Shown here piece after piece: positions 11,985-25,754 of a stretch of 64,000 nucleotides of DNA (its first letter is position 1; each line of letters begins with the position of its first letter). The notes beneath the pieces are model-generated. The model was not told the origin of the DNA, did not search any database, and saw nothing but the letters and a program-made list of their open reading frames with translations. This stretch comes from Macrostomum lignano (Eukaryota), in contig NIVC01000221.1 of the NCBI GenBank assembly GCA_002269645.1, positions 434,001-498,000 of the forward strand, given 5' to 3'. Both the position numbers and the translations under genes were made by a program.

Positions 11985-14900
11985 TCGTTGGGATAAGAAT
12001 TCTGGGATATCTGAGATTCTGGGGAAAGAATCGTGAGATTCTGGGGGTAAGAATCATGAGATTCTGGGGGTAAGAATCGTGAGATTCCGGAAGTTAGAAT
12101 CGTGAGATTCTGGGGATAAGAATCGTGAGATTCTGGGATAAGAATCGTCAGATTCTGGGATAAGAATCGTGAGATTGTGGGATAAGAATCGTGAGATTCT
12201 GGGATAAGAATCGTGAGATTCTGGGATAAGAATCGTGAGATTCTGTGGGTAAGAATCGTGAGATTCTGGGGATAAGAATCGTGAGATTCTGGGATAAGAA
12301 TCGTGAGATTCTGGGGGTAAGAATCGTGAGATTGTGGGATAAGAATCGTGAGATTGTGGGATAAGAATCGTGAGATTGTGGGATAAGAATCGTGAGATTC
12401 TGGGATAAGAATCGTAAGATTCTGGGGATAAGAATCGTGAGATTCTGGGATAAGAATCGTGAGATTCTGGGATAAGAATCGTGAGATTGTGGGATAAGAA
12501 TCGTGAGATTCTGGGATAAGAATCGTGAGATTCTGTGGGTAAGAATCGTGAGATTGTGGGATAAGAATCGTGAGATTCTGGGATAAGAATCGTGAGATTC
12601 TGTGGGTAAGAATCGTGAGATTCTGGGGATAAGAATCGTGAGATTCTGGGATAAGAATCGTGAGATTATGGGATAAGAATCGTAAGATTGTGGCTTGAGA
12701 TTGTTCACAGCTTGAGATTGTGGGATAAGAATCGTGAGATTCTGGGGGTAAGAATCGTGAGATTCTGGGGATAAGAATCGTGAGATTGTGGGATAAGAAT
12801 CGTGAGATTCTGTGGGTAAGAATCGTGAGATTCTGGGGATAAGAATCGTGAGATTCTGGGATAAGAATCGTGAGATTCTGGGGGTAAGAATCGTGAGATT
12901 GTGGGATAAGAATCGTGAGATTGTGGGATAAGAATCGTGAGATTCTGGGATAAGAATCGTGAGATTGTGGGATAAGAACCGTGAGATTCTGGGATAAGAA
13001 TCGTGAGATTCTGGGGATAAGAATCGTGAGATTCTGGGATAAGAATCGTGAGATTCTGGGATAAGAATCGTGAGATTGTGGGATAAGAATCGTGAGATTC
13101 TGGGATAAGAATCGTGAGATTCTGTGGGTAAGAATCGTGAGATTCTGGGGATAAGAATCGTGAGATTCTGGGATAAGAATCTTGAGATTCTGTGGGTAAG
13201 AATCGTGAGATTCTGGGGATAAGAATCGTGAGATTCTGGGATAAGAATCGTGAGATTATGGGATAAGAATCGTAAGATTGTGGCTTGAGATTGTTCACAG
13301 CTTGAGATTGTGGGATAAGAATCGTGAGATTCTGGGGGTAAGAATCGTGAGATTCTGGGATAAGAATCATGAGATTCTGAGGGTAAGAATCGTGAGATTC
13401 AGGGATAAGAATCGTGAGATTCTGTGGGTAAGAATCGTGAGATTCTGGGGATAAGAATCGTGAGATTCTGGGGGTAAGAATCGTGAGATTGTGGGATAAG
13501 AATCGTGAGATTCTGGGGGTAAGAATCGTGAGATTCTGGGGGTAAGAATCGTGAGATTCTGGGGGTAAGAATCGTGAGATTCTGGGATAAGAATCGTGAG
13601 ATTCTGGGATAAGAATCGTGAGATTCTGGGATAAGAATCGTGAGATTGTGGGATAAGAATCGTGAGATTCTGGGGATAAGAATCGTGAGATTGTGGGATA
13701 AGAATCGTGAGATTGTGGGATAAGAATCGTGAGATTGTGGGATAAGAATCGTGAGATTGTGGGATAAGAATCGTGAGATTGTGGGATAAGAATCGTGAGA
13801 TTGTGGGATAAGAATCGTGAGATTCTGGGGTAAGAATCGTGAGATTGTGGGGTAAGAATCGTGAGATTGTGGGATAAGAATCGTGAGATTCTGGGATAAG
13901 AATCGTGAGATTATGGGATAAGAATCGTGAGATTGTGGCTTGAGATTGTTCACGGCTTGAGATTGTGGGATAAGAATCGTGAGATTGTGGGATAAGAATC
14001 GTGAGATTCTGGGATAAGAATCGTGAGATTCCGGGGGTAAGAATCTTGAGATTGTGGGGATAAGAATCGTGAGATTATGGGATAAGAATCGTGAGATTGT
14101 GGCTTGAGATTGTTCACGGCTTGAGATTGTGTGATAAGAATCGTGAGATTGTGGGATAAGAATCCTGAGATTCTGGGATAAGAATCGTGAGATTCCGGGG
14201 GTAAGAATCTTGAGATTGTGGGGGTAAGAATCGTGAGATTCTGGGATAAGAATCGTGAGATTCTGGGGGTAAGAATCGTGAGATTCTGGGGGTAAGAATC
14301 GTGAGATTCTGGGATAAGAATCGTGAGATTCTGGGATAAGAATCGTGAGATTCTGGGGTAAGAATCGTGAGATTGTGGGATAAGAATCGTGAGATTCTGG
14401 GATAAGAATCGTGAGATTCTGGGATAAGAATCGTGAGATTCTGGGGGTAAGAATCGTGAGATTGTGGGATAAGAATCGTGAGATTGTGGGATAAGAATCG
14501 TGAGATTGTGGGATAAGAATCGTGAGATTATGGGATAAGAATCGTGAGATTCTGGGATAAGAATCGTGAGATTCTGGGGGTAAGAATCGTGAGATTCTGG
14601 GGGTAAGAATCGTGAGATTCTGGGATAAGAATCGTGAGATTGTGGGATAAGAATCGTGAGATTGTGGGATAAGAATCGTGAGATTGTGGGATAAGAATCG
14701 TGAGATTGTGGGATAAGAATCGTGAGATTCTGGGGGTAAGAATCATGAGATTCTGGGATAAGAATCGTGAGATTGTGGGATAAGAATCGTGAGATTGTGG
14801 GATAAGAATCGTGAGATTGTGGGATAATAATCGTGAGATTGTGGGATAAGAATCGTGAGATTGTGGGATAAGAATCGTGAGATTGTGGGATAAGAATCGT

Positions 14901-17900
14901 GAGATTCTGGGATAAGAATCGTGAGATTCTGGGGTAAGAATCGTGAGATTGTGGGATAAGAATCGTGAGATTATGGGATAAGAATCGTGAGATTGTGGCT
15001 TGAGATTGTTCACAGCTTGAGATTGTGGGATAAGAATCGTGAGATTGTGGGATAAGAATCGTTAGATTCTGGGATAAGAATCGTGAGATTCTGGGGGTAA
15101 GAATCGTGAGATTGTGGGATAAGAATCGTGAGATTCTGGGATAAGAATCGTGAGATTCTGTGGGTAAGAATCGTGAGATTCTGGGGATAAGAATCGTGAG
15201 ATTTTGGGATAAGAATCGTGAGATTCTGGGATAAGAATCGTGAGATTGTGGGATAAGAATCGTGAGATTGTGGGATAAGAATCGTGTGATTGTGGGATAA
15301 GAATCGTGAGATTGTGGGATAAGAATCGTGAGATTGTGGGGTAAGAATCGTGAGATTCTGGGGGTAAGAATCATGAGATTCTGGGATAAGAATCGTGAGC
15401 TTGTGGGATAAGAATCGTGAGATTGTGGGATAAGAATCGTGAGATTGTGGGATAAGAATCGTGAGATTGTGGGATAAGAATCGTGAGATTGTGGGATAAG
15501 AATCGTGAGATTCTGGGATAAGAATCGTGAGATTCTTGGGTAAGAATCGTGAGATTGTGGGATAAGAATCGTGAGATTGTGGGATAAGAATCGTGAGATT
15601 GTGGGATAAGAATCGTGAGATTTTGGGATAAGAATCGTGAGATTCTGGGGTAAGAATCGTGAGATTGTGGGATAAGAATCGTGAGATTCTGGGGTAAGAA
15701 TCGTGAGATTGTGGGATAAGAATCGTGAGATTGTGGGATAAGAATCGTGAGATTGTGGGATAAGAATCGTGAGATTCTGGGATAAGAATCGTGAGATTCT
15801 GGGATAAGAATCGTGAGATTCTGGGGGTAAGAATCGTGAGATTGTGGATAAGAATCGTGAGATTCTGGGGTAAGAATCGTGAGATTGTGGGATAAGAATC
15901 GTGAGATTGTGGGATAAGAATCGTGAGATTGTGGGATAAGAATCGTGAGATTGTGGGATAAGAATCGTGAGATTGTGGGATAAGAATCGTGAGATTGTGG
16001 GATAAGAATCGTGAGATTCTGGGATAAGAATCGTGAGATTCTGGGATAAGAATCGTGAGATTCTGGGGGTAAGAATCGTGAGATTGTGGGATAAGAATCG
16101 TGAGATTCTGGGATAAGAATCGTGAGATTGTGGGATAAGAATCGTGAGATTCTGGGATAAGAATCGTGAGATTCTGGGGGTAAGAATCGTGAGATTCTGG
16201 GGGTAAGAATCGTGAGATTCTGGGATAAGAATCGTGAGATTCTGGGATAAGAATCGTGAGATTCTGGGGGTAAGAATCGTGAGATTGTGGGATAAGAATC
16301 GTGAGATTCTGGGATAAGAATCGTGAGATTGTGGGATAAGAATCGTGAGATTGTGGGATAAGAATCCTGAGATTGTGGGATAAGAATCGTGAGATTGTGG
16401 GATAAGAATCGTGAGATTCTGTGGGTAAGAATCGTGAGATTCTGGGGATAAGAATCGTGAGATTTTGGGATAAGAATCGTGAGATTCTGGGATAAGAATC
16501 GTGAGATTGTGGGATAAGAATCGTGAGATTGTGGGATAAGAATCGTGAGATTGTGGGATAAGAATCGTGAGATTGTGGGATAAGAATCGTGAGATTGTGG
16601 GGTAAGAATCGTGAGATTCTGGGGGTAAGAATCATGAGATTCTGGGATAAGAATCGTGAGCTTGTGGGATAAGAATCGTGAGATTGTGGGATAAGAATCG
16701 TGAGATTGTGGGATAAGAATCGTGAGATTGTGGGATAAGAATCGTGAGATTGTGGGATAAGAATCGTGAGATTCTGGGATAAGAATCGTGAGATTCTTGG
16801 GGTAAGAATCGTGAGATTGTGGGATAAGAATCGTGAGATTGTGGGATAAGAATCGTGAGATTGTGGGATAAGAATCGTGAGATTTTGGGATAAGAATCGT
16901 GAGATTCTGGGGGTAAGAATCGTGAGATTGTGGGATAAGAATCGTGAGATTCTGGGGGTAAGAATCGTGAGATTGTGGGATAAGAATCGTGAGATTGTGG
17001 GATAAGAATCGTGAGATTGTGGGATAAGAATCGTGAGATTCTGGGATAAGAATCGTGAGATTCTGGGATAAGAATCGTGAGATTCTGGGGGTAAGAATCG
17101 TGAGATTGTGGGATAAGAATCGTGAGATTCTGGGGGTAAGAATCGTGAGATTGTGGGATAAGAATCGTGAGATTGTGGGATAAGAATCGTGAGATTGTGG
17201 GATAAGAATCGTGAGATTGTGGGATAAGAATCGTGAGATTGTGGGATAAGAATCGTGAGATTGTGGGATAAGAATCGTGAGATTCTGGGATAAGAATCGT
17301 GAGATTCTGGGATAAGAATCGTGAGATTCTGGGGGTAAGAATCGTGAGATTGTGGGATAAGAATCGTGAGATTCTGGGATAAGAATCGTGAGATTGTGGG
17401 ATAAGAATCGTGAGATTCTGGGATAAGAATCGTGAGATTCTGGGGGTAAGAATCGTGAGATTCTGGGGGTAAGAATCGTGAGATTCTGGGATAAGAATCG
17501 TGAGATTCTGGGATAAGAATCGTGAGATTCTGTGGGTAAGAATCGTGAGATTCTGGGGATAAGAATCGTGAGATTCTGGGATAAGAATCGTGAGATTGTG
17601 GGATAAGAATCGTGAGATTCTGGGGTAAGAATCGTGAGATTGTGGGATAAGAATCGTGAGATTGTGGGATAAGAATCGTGAGATTGTGGGATAAGAATCG
17701 TGAGATTCTGGGATAAGAATCGTGAGATTCTGGGATAAGAATCGTGAGATTCTGGGGGTAAGAATCGTGAGATTCTGGGGGTAAGAATCGTGAGATTCTG
17801 GGATAAGAATCGTGAGATTGTGGGATAAGAATCGTGAGATTGTGGGATAAGAATCGTGAGATTGTGGGATAAGAATCGTGAGATTGTGGGATAAGAATTG

Positions 17901-20900
17901 TGAGATTCTGGGGGTAAGAATCATGAGATTCTGGGATAAGAATCGTGAGCTTGTGGGATAAGAATCGTGAGATTGTGGGATAAGAATCGTGAGATTGTGG
18001 GATAATAATCGTGAGATTGTGGGATAAGAATCATGAGATTGTGGGATAAGAATCGTGAGATTGTGGGATAAGAATCGTGAGATTCTGGGATAAGAATCGT
18101 GAGATTCTGGGGGTAAGAATCGTGAGATTGTGGGATAAGAATCGTGAGATTATGGGATAAGAATCGTGAGATTGTGGCTTGAGATTGTTCACAGCTTGAG
18201 ATTGTGGGATAAGAATCGTGAGATTGTGGGATAAGAATCGTGAGATTCTGGGATAAGAATCGTGAGATTCTGGGGGTAAGAATCGTGAGATTGTGGGGGT
18301 AAGAATCGTGAGATTCTGGGATAAGAATCGTGAGATTCTGTGGGTAAGAATCGTGAGATTCTGGGGATAAGAATCGTGAGATTTTGGGATAAGAATCGTG
18401 AGATTGTGGGATAAGAATCGTGAGATTGTGGGATAAGAATCGTGAGATTGTGGGATAAGAATCGTGAGATTGTGGGATAAGAATCGTGAGATTGTGGGAT
18501 AAGAATCGTGAGATTCTGGGGGTAAGAATCATGAGATTCTGGGATAAGAATCGTGAGCTTGTGGGATAAGAATCGTGAGATTGTGGGATAAGAATCGTGA
18601 GATTGTGGGATAAGAATCGTGAGATTGTGGGATAAGAATCGTGAGATTATGGGATAAGAATCGTGAGATTGTGGGATAAGAATCGTGAGATTCTGGGATA
18701 AGAATCGTGAGATTCTGGGGGTAAGAATCGTGAGATTGTGGGATAAGAATCGTGAGATTGTGGGATAAGAATCGTGAGATTGTGGGATAAGAATCGTGAG
18801 ATTTTGGGATAAGAATCGTGAGATTCTGGGGGTAAGAATCGTGAGATTGTGGGATAAGAATCGTGAGATTCTGGGGTAAGAATCGTGAGATTGTGGGATA
18901 AGAATCGTGAGATTCTGGGATAAGAATCGTGAGATTGTGGGATAAGAATCGTGAGATTCTGTGGGTAAGAATCGTGAGATTCTGGGGATAAGAATCGTGA
19001 GATTCTGGGGGTAAGAATCGTGAGATTGTGGGATAAGAATCGTGAGATTCTGGGATAATAATCGTGAGATTGTGGGATAAGAATCGTGAGATTGTGGGAT
19101 AAGAATCGTGAGATTGTGGGATGAGAATCGTGAGATTGTGGGATAAGAATCGTGAGATTGTGGGATAAGAATCGTGAGATTCTGGGGGTAAGAATCGTGA
19201 GATTGTGGGATAAGAATCGTGAGATTGTGGGATAAGAATCGTGAGATTGTGGGATAAGAATCGTGAGATTCTGGGATAAGAATCGTGAGATTCTGGGATA
19301 AGAATCGTGAGATTCTGGGGGTAAGAATCGTGAGATTGTGGGATAAGAATCGTGAGATTCTGTGGGTAAGAATCGTGAGATTGTGGGATAAGAATCGTGA
19401 GATTCTGGGGGTAAGAATCGTGAGATTGTGGGATAAGAATCGTGAGATTCTGGGGATAAGAATCGTGAGATTCTGGGATAAGAATCGTGAGATTGTGGGA
19501 TAAGAATCGTGAGATTCTGGGATAAGAATCGTGAGATTGTGGGATAAGAATCGTGAGATTGTGGGATAAGAATCGTGAGATTCTGGGATAAGAATCGTGA
19601 GATTCTGGGATAAGAATCGTGAGATTCTGGGATAAGAATCGTGAGATTCTGGGGGTAAGAATCGTGAGATTGTGGGATAAGAATCGTGAGATTGTGGGAT
19701 AAGAATCGTGAGATTGTGGGATAAGAATCGTGAGATTCTGGGGGTAAGAATCGTGAGATTGTGGGATAAGAATCGTGAGACTCTGGGGGTAAGAATCGTG
19801 AGATTGTGGGATAAGAATCGTGAGATTCTGGGATAAGAATCGTGAGATTGTGGGATAAGAATCGTGAGATTCTGGGGTAAGAATCGTGAGATTGTGGGAT
19901 AAGAATCGTGAGATTCTGGGGTAAGAATCGTGAGATTGTGGGATAAGAATCGTGAGATTCTGGGGTAAGAATCGTGAGATTGTGGGATAAGAATCGTGAG
20001 ATTCTGGGATAAGAATCGTGAGATTGTGGGATAAGAATCGTGAGATTGTGGGATAAGAATCGTGAGATTGTGGGATAAGAATCGTGAAATTTTGGGATAA
20101 GAATCGTGAGATTCTGGGATAAGAATCGTGAGATTCTGGGATAAGAATCGTGAGATTCTGGGGGTAAGAATCGTGAGATTGTGGGATAAGAATCGTGAGA
20201 TTCTGGGATAAGAATCGTGAGATTGTGGGATAAGAATCGTGAGATTCTGGGGGTAAGAATCGTGAGATTCTGGGATAAGAATCGTGAGATTCTGGGATAA
20301 GAATCGTGAGATTCTGGGATAAGAATCGTGAGATTCTGGGATAAGAATCGTGAGATTGTGGGATAAGAATCGTGAGATTCTGGGATAAGAATCGTGAGAT
20401 TCTGGGATAATAATCGTGAGATTGTGGGATAAGAATCGTGAGATTGTGGGATAAGAATCGTGAGATTGTGGGATAAGAATCGTGAGATTCTGGGATAAGA
20501 ATCGTGAGATTCTGGGATAAGAATCGTGAGATTCTGGGGGTAAGAATCGTGAGATTGTGGGATAAGAATCGTGAGATTCTGGGGGTAAGAATCGTGAGAT
20601 TGTGGGGGTAAGAATCGTGAGATTGTGGGATAAGAATCGTGAGATTCTGGGATAAGAATCGTGAGATTCTGGGGATAAGAATCGTGAGATTCTGGGATAA
20701 GAATCATGAGATTCTGGGGGTAAGAATCGTGAGATTCAGGGATAAGAATCGTGAGATTCTGTGGGTAAGAATCGTGAGATTCTGGGGATAAGAATCGTGA
20801 GATTGTGGGATAAGAATCGTGAGATTCTGGGGGTAAGAATCGTGAGATTCTGGGGGTAAGAATCATGAGATTCTGGGGGTAAGAATCGTGAGATTGTGGG

Positions 20901-21478
20901 ATAAGAATCGTGAGATTCTGGGGGTAAGAATCGTGAGATTCTGGGGGTAAGAATCATGAGATTCTGGGGGTAAGAATCGTGAGATTCTGGGATAAGAATC
21001 GTGAGATTCTGGGATAAGAATCGTGAGATTCTGGGGGTAAGAATCGTGAGATTGTGGGATAAGAATCGTGAGATTCTGGGGATAAGAATCGTGAGATTCT
21101 GGGATAAGAATCGTGAGATTCTGGGATAAGAATCGTGAGATTCTGGGATAAGAATCGTGAGATTGTGGGATAAGAATCGTGAGATTGTGGGATAAGAATC
21201 GTGAGATTGTGGGATAAGAATCGTGAGATTCTGGGGGTAAGAATCGTGAGATTGTGGGGGTAAGAATCGTGAGATTGTGGGATAAGAATCGTGAGATTCT
21301 GGGATAAGAATCGTGAGATTATGGGATAAGAATCGTGAGATTGTGGCTTGAGATTGTTCACGGCTTGAGATTGTGGGATAAGAATCGTGAGATTGTGGGA
21401 TAAGAATCGTGAGATTCTGGGATAAGAATCGTGAGAATCCGGGGGTAAGAATCTTGAGATTGTGGGGGTAAGAATCGC
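11985..21478 (+). repeat. 9.5-kb minisatellite of 22/23-bp units GTGAGATT(G/C)TGGG(A/GG)TAAGAATC
   Basis: About 420 units. It starts directly after a mariner 3' scrap (gcgctgccatctcaactgccactcgttg, 11963-11990). The landmark variant ttgtggcttgagattgttcac(a/g)gcttgag occurs 7 times. Confidence 0.98.
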
Positions 21479-22467
21479 AGCTCTTGAATTGTACGCTGGT
21501 ACGTTGTACGCAGATATTTTCTGTGGCTATTTTTAGCTACCGTGTACGTATATGCACGAGCGAACGTAGCTCCCCCGGGGTTCTCTGAATTCCTTTCTTC
21601 CCAGAATTTAAACAAGACAAATTCTCGAGTTACTACTGTTCAGGCTACCAGAAGATTAATATTCACAAATGGAGATTCTATTCCTCATTAGCCGTTTGTA
21701 TTTGTTTTTTAGTTATAATATTGAATAATTAGTTTGCCACAGATAATATTATAAAATATGAAAATCAGCACTTATCGGCCTGCGCATTAATTATTAATAA
21801 ATAGGCCGAAGCAGAGAAGCAAACAGAAGGGAGAAGCCTAAATCGCTCTGACGCATGCAGTCAACAGTCGCATGTCCTGAAACAACATTTGAAGCAACAG
21901 AAATCGATATGAAGGCTGCCAATCAGTGACGTCACTTGTGCTCATTCTATAATTCTATCTGAGCTCAATCAAGCCTGATAAACTGTAGCAGTACCTGGGC
22001 TTTTCATGTTAATTAAGATGAAAATGTGCATGTGATGTGTGCCAGTGTATCACAGCTGTCCTGTAGCAGCTCATGTGTTTATCACATTTTTCAAAACCAA
22101 TAAGTTGCTTATTGAACTTTGTTTACCTGTGCCCAAGTAGATTAACTGATTCGATTCGGTTGAGCCGTGGGGTTTTCGGGCGGTGGGAGTCGAGTTCACT
22201 GCTGCAGTATTATGGATTTTAACGCAACATCAACGGAATAAATAACTGAATATAATATGTATGAAAAGTCAATATTTGAAGCAAATCACTGACATCTCAT
22301 CTCATTTCATCTGTACCAACGTGTCAGTGTGAGTCACATTGATTTACACACTGAGATGCAGCTGCCATCGCTCAGCCATCAGGTTGCGAAGGCGTCTCTG
22401 AAAAGCCGGAGAAACAATTTCAGCATGCAGTCAGGGCTGTCAGGCCTCAGTACTAATGTTTAAGCAA

Positions 22468-23755
22468 CAGTGTTTCCACCCCGGCGAATTTTAATCGCTG
22501 GGCGATTTTAAATTGCTGAGCGATTTTTTGACATATGCAGCAATTTTCAGCGATGTTATATTCTTTTGAGGTAGAATCCCCCCTCCAGAATTACCTAGAG
22601 ACGTGACATTCTGGGTGTAGGAATCATGAGATTCTAGTTTAAGAATCATGAGATTCTGAGGGTAAGAATCGTGAGATTCTAAGGGTAAGAATCGTGAGAT
22701 TCTGAGGGTAAGAATCGTGAGATTCTAAGGGTAAGAATCGTGAGATTCTGAGGGTAAGAATCGTGAGATTCTGGGGGTAAAAATGGTGAGATTCTGAGGG
22801 TAAGAATCGTTAGTTCTGGGTGTAGGAATCGTGAGATTCTGGGGGTAAGAATCATGAGATTCTGAGGGTAAGAATCGTGTGATTCTGGGGGTAAGAATCG
22901 TGTGATTCTGGGGGTAAGAATCGTGTGATTCTGAGGGTAAGAATCATGAGATTCTGGGGGTAAGAATCATGAGATTCTGAGGGTAAGAATCGTGTGATTC
23001 TGGGGGTGAGAATCGTGTGATTCTGGGGGTGAGAATCGTGTGATTCTGGGGGTGAGAATCGTGTGATTCTGGGGGTAAGAATCGTGTGATTCTGGGGGTG
23101 AGAATCGTGTGATTCTGGGGGTGAGAATCGTGTGATTCTGGGGTAAGAATCGTGTGATTCTGGGGGTGAGAATCGTGTGATTCTGGGGGTGAGAATCGTG
23201 TGATTCTGGGGGTGAGAATCGTGTGATTCTGGGGGTGAGAATCGTGTGATTCTGGGGGTAAGAATCGTGTGATTCTGGGGGTAAGAATCGTGTGATTCTG
23301 GGGGTGAGAATCGTTAGATTCTGGGTGTAGGAATCGTGAGATTCTGGGGGTAAGAATCGTGTGATTCTGAGGGTAAGAATCGTGTGATTCTGGGGGTAAG
23401 AATCGTGAGATTCTGGGGGTAAGAATCGTGTGATTCTGGGGTAAGAATCGTGTGATTCTGGGGGTAAGAATCGTGTGATTCTGGGGGTAAGAATCGTGTG
23501 ATTCTGAGGGTAAGAATCGTTAGATTCTGGGTGTAGGAATCGTGAGATTCTGGGGGTAAGAATCGTGTGATTCTGGGGGTAAGAATCGTGTGATTCTGGG
23601 GGTAAGAATCGTGAGTTGCTGGGATAAGAATTGTGAGATTCTTGGGGTAAGAATCGTGAAATTCTGCGATAAGAATTGTGCTCAAAACAATGCTTTTTAT
23701 TTCAAAGTTGCAGCGATTTTTGCGAGCCAAGTGTCGGTGCCAACAAAAAAATGTG
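22468..23755. mobile_element. 1288-bp satellite-carrying insertion flanked by an 8-bp direct repeat TTAAGCAA
   Basis: TTAAGCAA at 22460-22467 and 23756-23763. The left end cagtgtttccacc is hAT-like, but the right end is not its inverse. Contains the 23-bp array. Confidence 0.55.
22610..23680 (+). repeat. 23-bp minisatellite GTG(T/A)GATTCTGGGGGT(A/G)AGAATC, a variant of the 12-21.5 kb array
   Basis: About 46 units, directly visible. Confidence 0.95.
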
Positions 23756-24249
23756 TTAAGCAATCACGAAGGCTCAAAACCCACCTGCGAATCTGCCAGA
23801 GACCGGCATGAGCTCTGCGTCCCACGCCGTAACGATGGGGCTGCACGTGACTGTGGGGCTGCTGCTGAGCTGCTCGCTGATATCGTCCGCTGCTGGCATT
23901 GCTGGGCTTCTGGACTCGGAGTCTGAGGGATTTGAGATGTTCCAAGAGATCGATATGAATCTTATATGTCTAGTGTAATAGTGTAATATTAGATAAGAAC
24001 TACCAACTTGCATTTATAGCGATGCTCTGCCTGCCTCACTGCCCGGTCAGTTGCACCTGAAAAAAAAACAACAACTAGACATTGTCTTTCTAGGAAATGC
24101 AAATTTAGAGGGAGCTATTTTTAGAATTTCTCGTGGCGGTCGTTTGTTCGGTCTTCTGGACAAACTGTTGTGTTCTATAGAACTCATTCAACTGCCAAAA
24201 CCGACTTCACAGCTGATGAGAATCACTTTAAAACTCGAGAATTTGCACA

Positions 24250-24425
24250 CAAAGTACAGAGCTGTCCGGTGAAAAATCGGACAGGTGCCGTAACTCAGGA
24301 AACAAAGAAGCAACCAGAACAAACAGCACAGTCATTTTTAAACATAGTCGCCACCCTTCTCACTGCTGCGTTGCCACCTCACCTGCCACTTTTTGAAGGC
24401 CTCAGCGTACAGGTTTGCGGCCAAC
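24250..24425 (-). mobile_element. Mariner 3'-end remnant
   Basis: The minus strand matches the transposase C-terminus at 29181-29257 and ends EKGGDYV*. The flank tgtccggtgaaaaatcggacaggtgc is shared with the 27.55 kb remnant (candidate TIR). Confidence 0.7.
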
Positions 24426-24509
24426 TGAAGTGGAATTCAAGTAGAAGTCAACTCAAAATTGCGGCCTGCGATGATGATTTTGACATTTTTGAGACGTAAT
24501 TAAAAAAGT

Positions 24510-25250
24510 GATGAGTGAGAGTGCTGTGAGTGATGAGAGTGACATCTGAAGTGCCTGTGAGTGGTGTGACATCTGGAGTGTCTATGAGTGATGAGAGTGA
24601 CATCTGGAGTGCCTTGAGAGGTGAGAATGACATCTGGAGTGCCTATGAGTGATGAGAGTGACATCTGGAGTGCCTTGAGAGGTGAGAGTGACATCTGGAG
24701 TGCCTGTGAGTGGTGAGAGTGACATCTGGATTGCCTGTGAGTGGTGAGAGTGACATCTGGAGTGCCTGTGAATGGTGAGAGTGACATCTGGAGTGCCTGT
24801 GAGTTGTGAGAGTGACATCTGGAGTGCCTGTGAGTGACGAGAGTGACATCTGGAGTGCCTGTGAGTTGTGAGAGTGACATCTGGAGTGCCTGTGAGTTGT
24901 GAGAGTGACATCTGGAGTGCCTGTGAGTGGTGAGAGTGACATCTGGAGTGCCTATGAGTGGTGAGAGTTACATGGAGTGCCTGTGAGTGGTGAGAGTGAC
25001 AACTGGAGTGCCTGTGAGTGGTGAGAAGGACATCTGGAGTGCCTGTGAGTTGTGAGAGTGACATCTGGAGTGCCTATAAGTGACGAGAGTGACATTTGGA
25101 GTGCCTGTGAGTGGTGAGAGTGACATCTGGAGTGCCTGTGAGTGGTTAGAGTGACAACTGGAGTGCCTGTGAGTGGTGAGAAGGACATCTGGAGTTCCTG
25201 TGAGTGATAAGAGTGACACCTGAAGTGCATATTAGTAATGAGAGTGATAT
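24510..25250 (+). repeat. 31-bp minisatellite GAGAGTGACATCTGGAGTGCCTGTGAGTGGT
   Basis: About 23 units, directly visible. Confidence 0.95.
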
Positions 25251-25384
25251 CTACGTTCACATTATGTGACACTCAAAGCAACTGAGATTTACACCCTAAA
25301 TGCTAGAAAGAAACAGCGAGACTCTCTGTGACACTCAGTCACACCCGGAGTGACTTACTTCCCTTAAGTGTCACTTAAGTGATA

Positions 25385-25510
25385 AGAGTGCCACAGCTAC
25401 CCAGAGTGACACACAGAGTGACACACAAAGTGACACACAAAGTGCCGCAGCTACCCAGAGTGACACACAGAGTGACACCCAGAGTGACCCCCAGAGTGAC
25501 ACCACAGCAC
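25385..25510 (+). repeat. Short array of the 30/12-bp minisatellite
   Basis: Same units as 10220-11480. Confidence 0.9.
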
Positions 25511-25543
25511 CAACCAACCGCAGTCGTCGCCCCCCCCCCACAG

Positions 25544-25754
<211 letters not shown>

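Larger units (their letters stand above)
22180..23960. repeat. Dispersed repeat A copy split by an insertion (halves at about 22180-22467 and 23756-23960)
   Basis: The left half ends at tactaatgtttaagcaa and the right half resumes at ttaagcaatcacgaaggctcaaaacccacc; these are contiguous in the copy at 26.98 kb. Confidence 0.8.

Noticed and set aside
7494-23811. Long repetitive ORFs (up to 739 aa) across the satellite arrays
   Set aside because: They are translations of 20-30 bp repeats that lack stops in some frames; frames switch at unit-length variants, and there is no coding signature.
24213-24240. ctgatga as a hammerhead core
   Set aside because: No stem II or GAAA follows.
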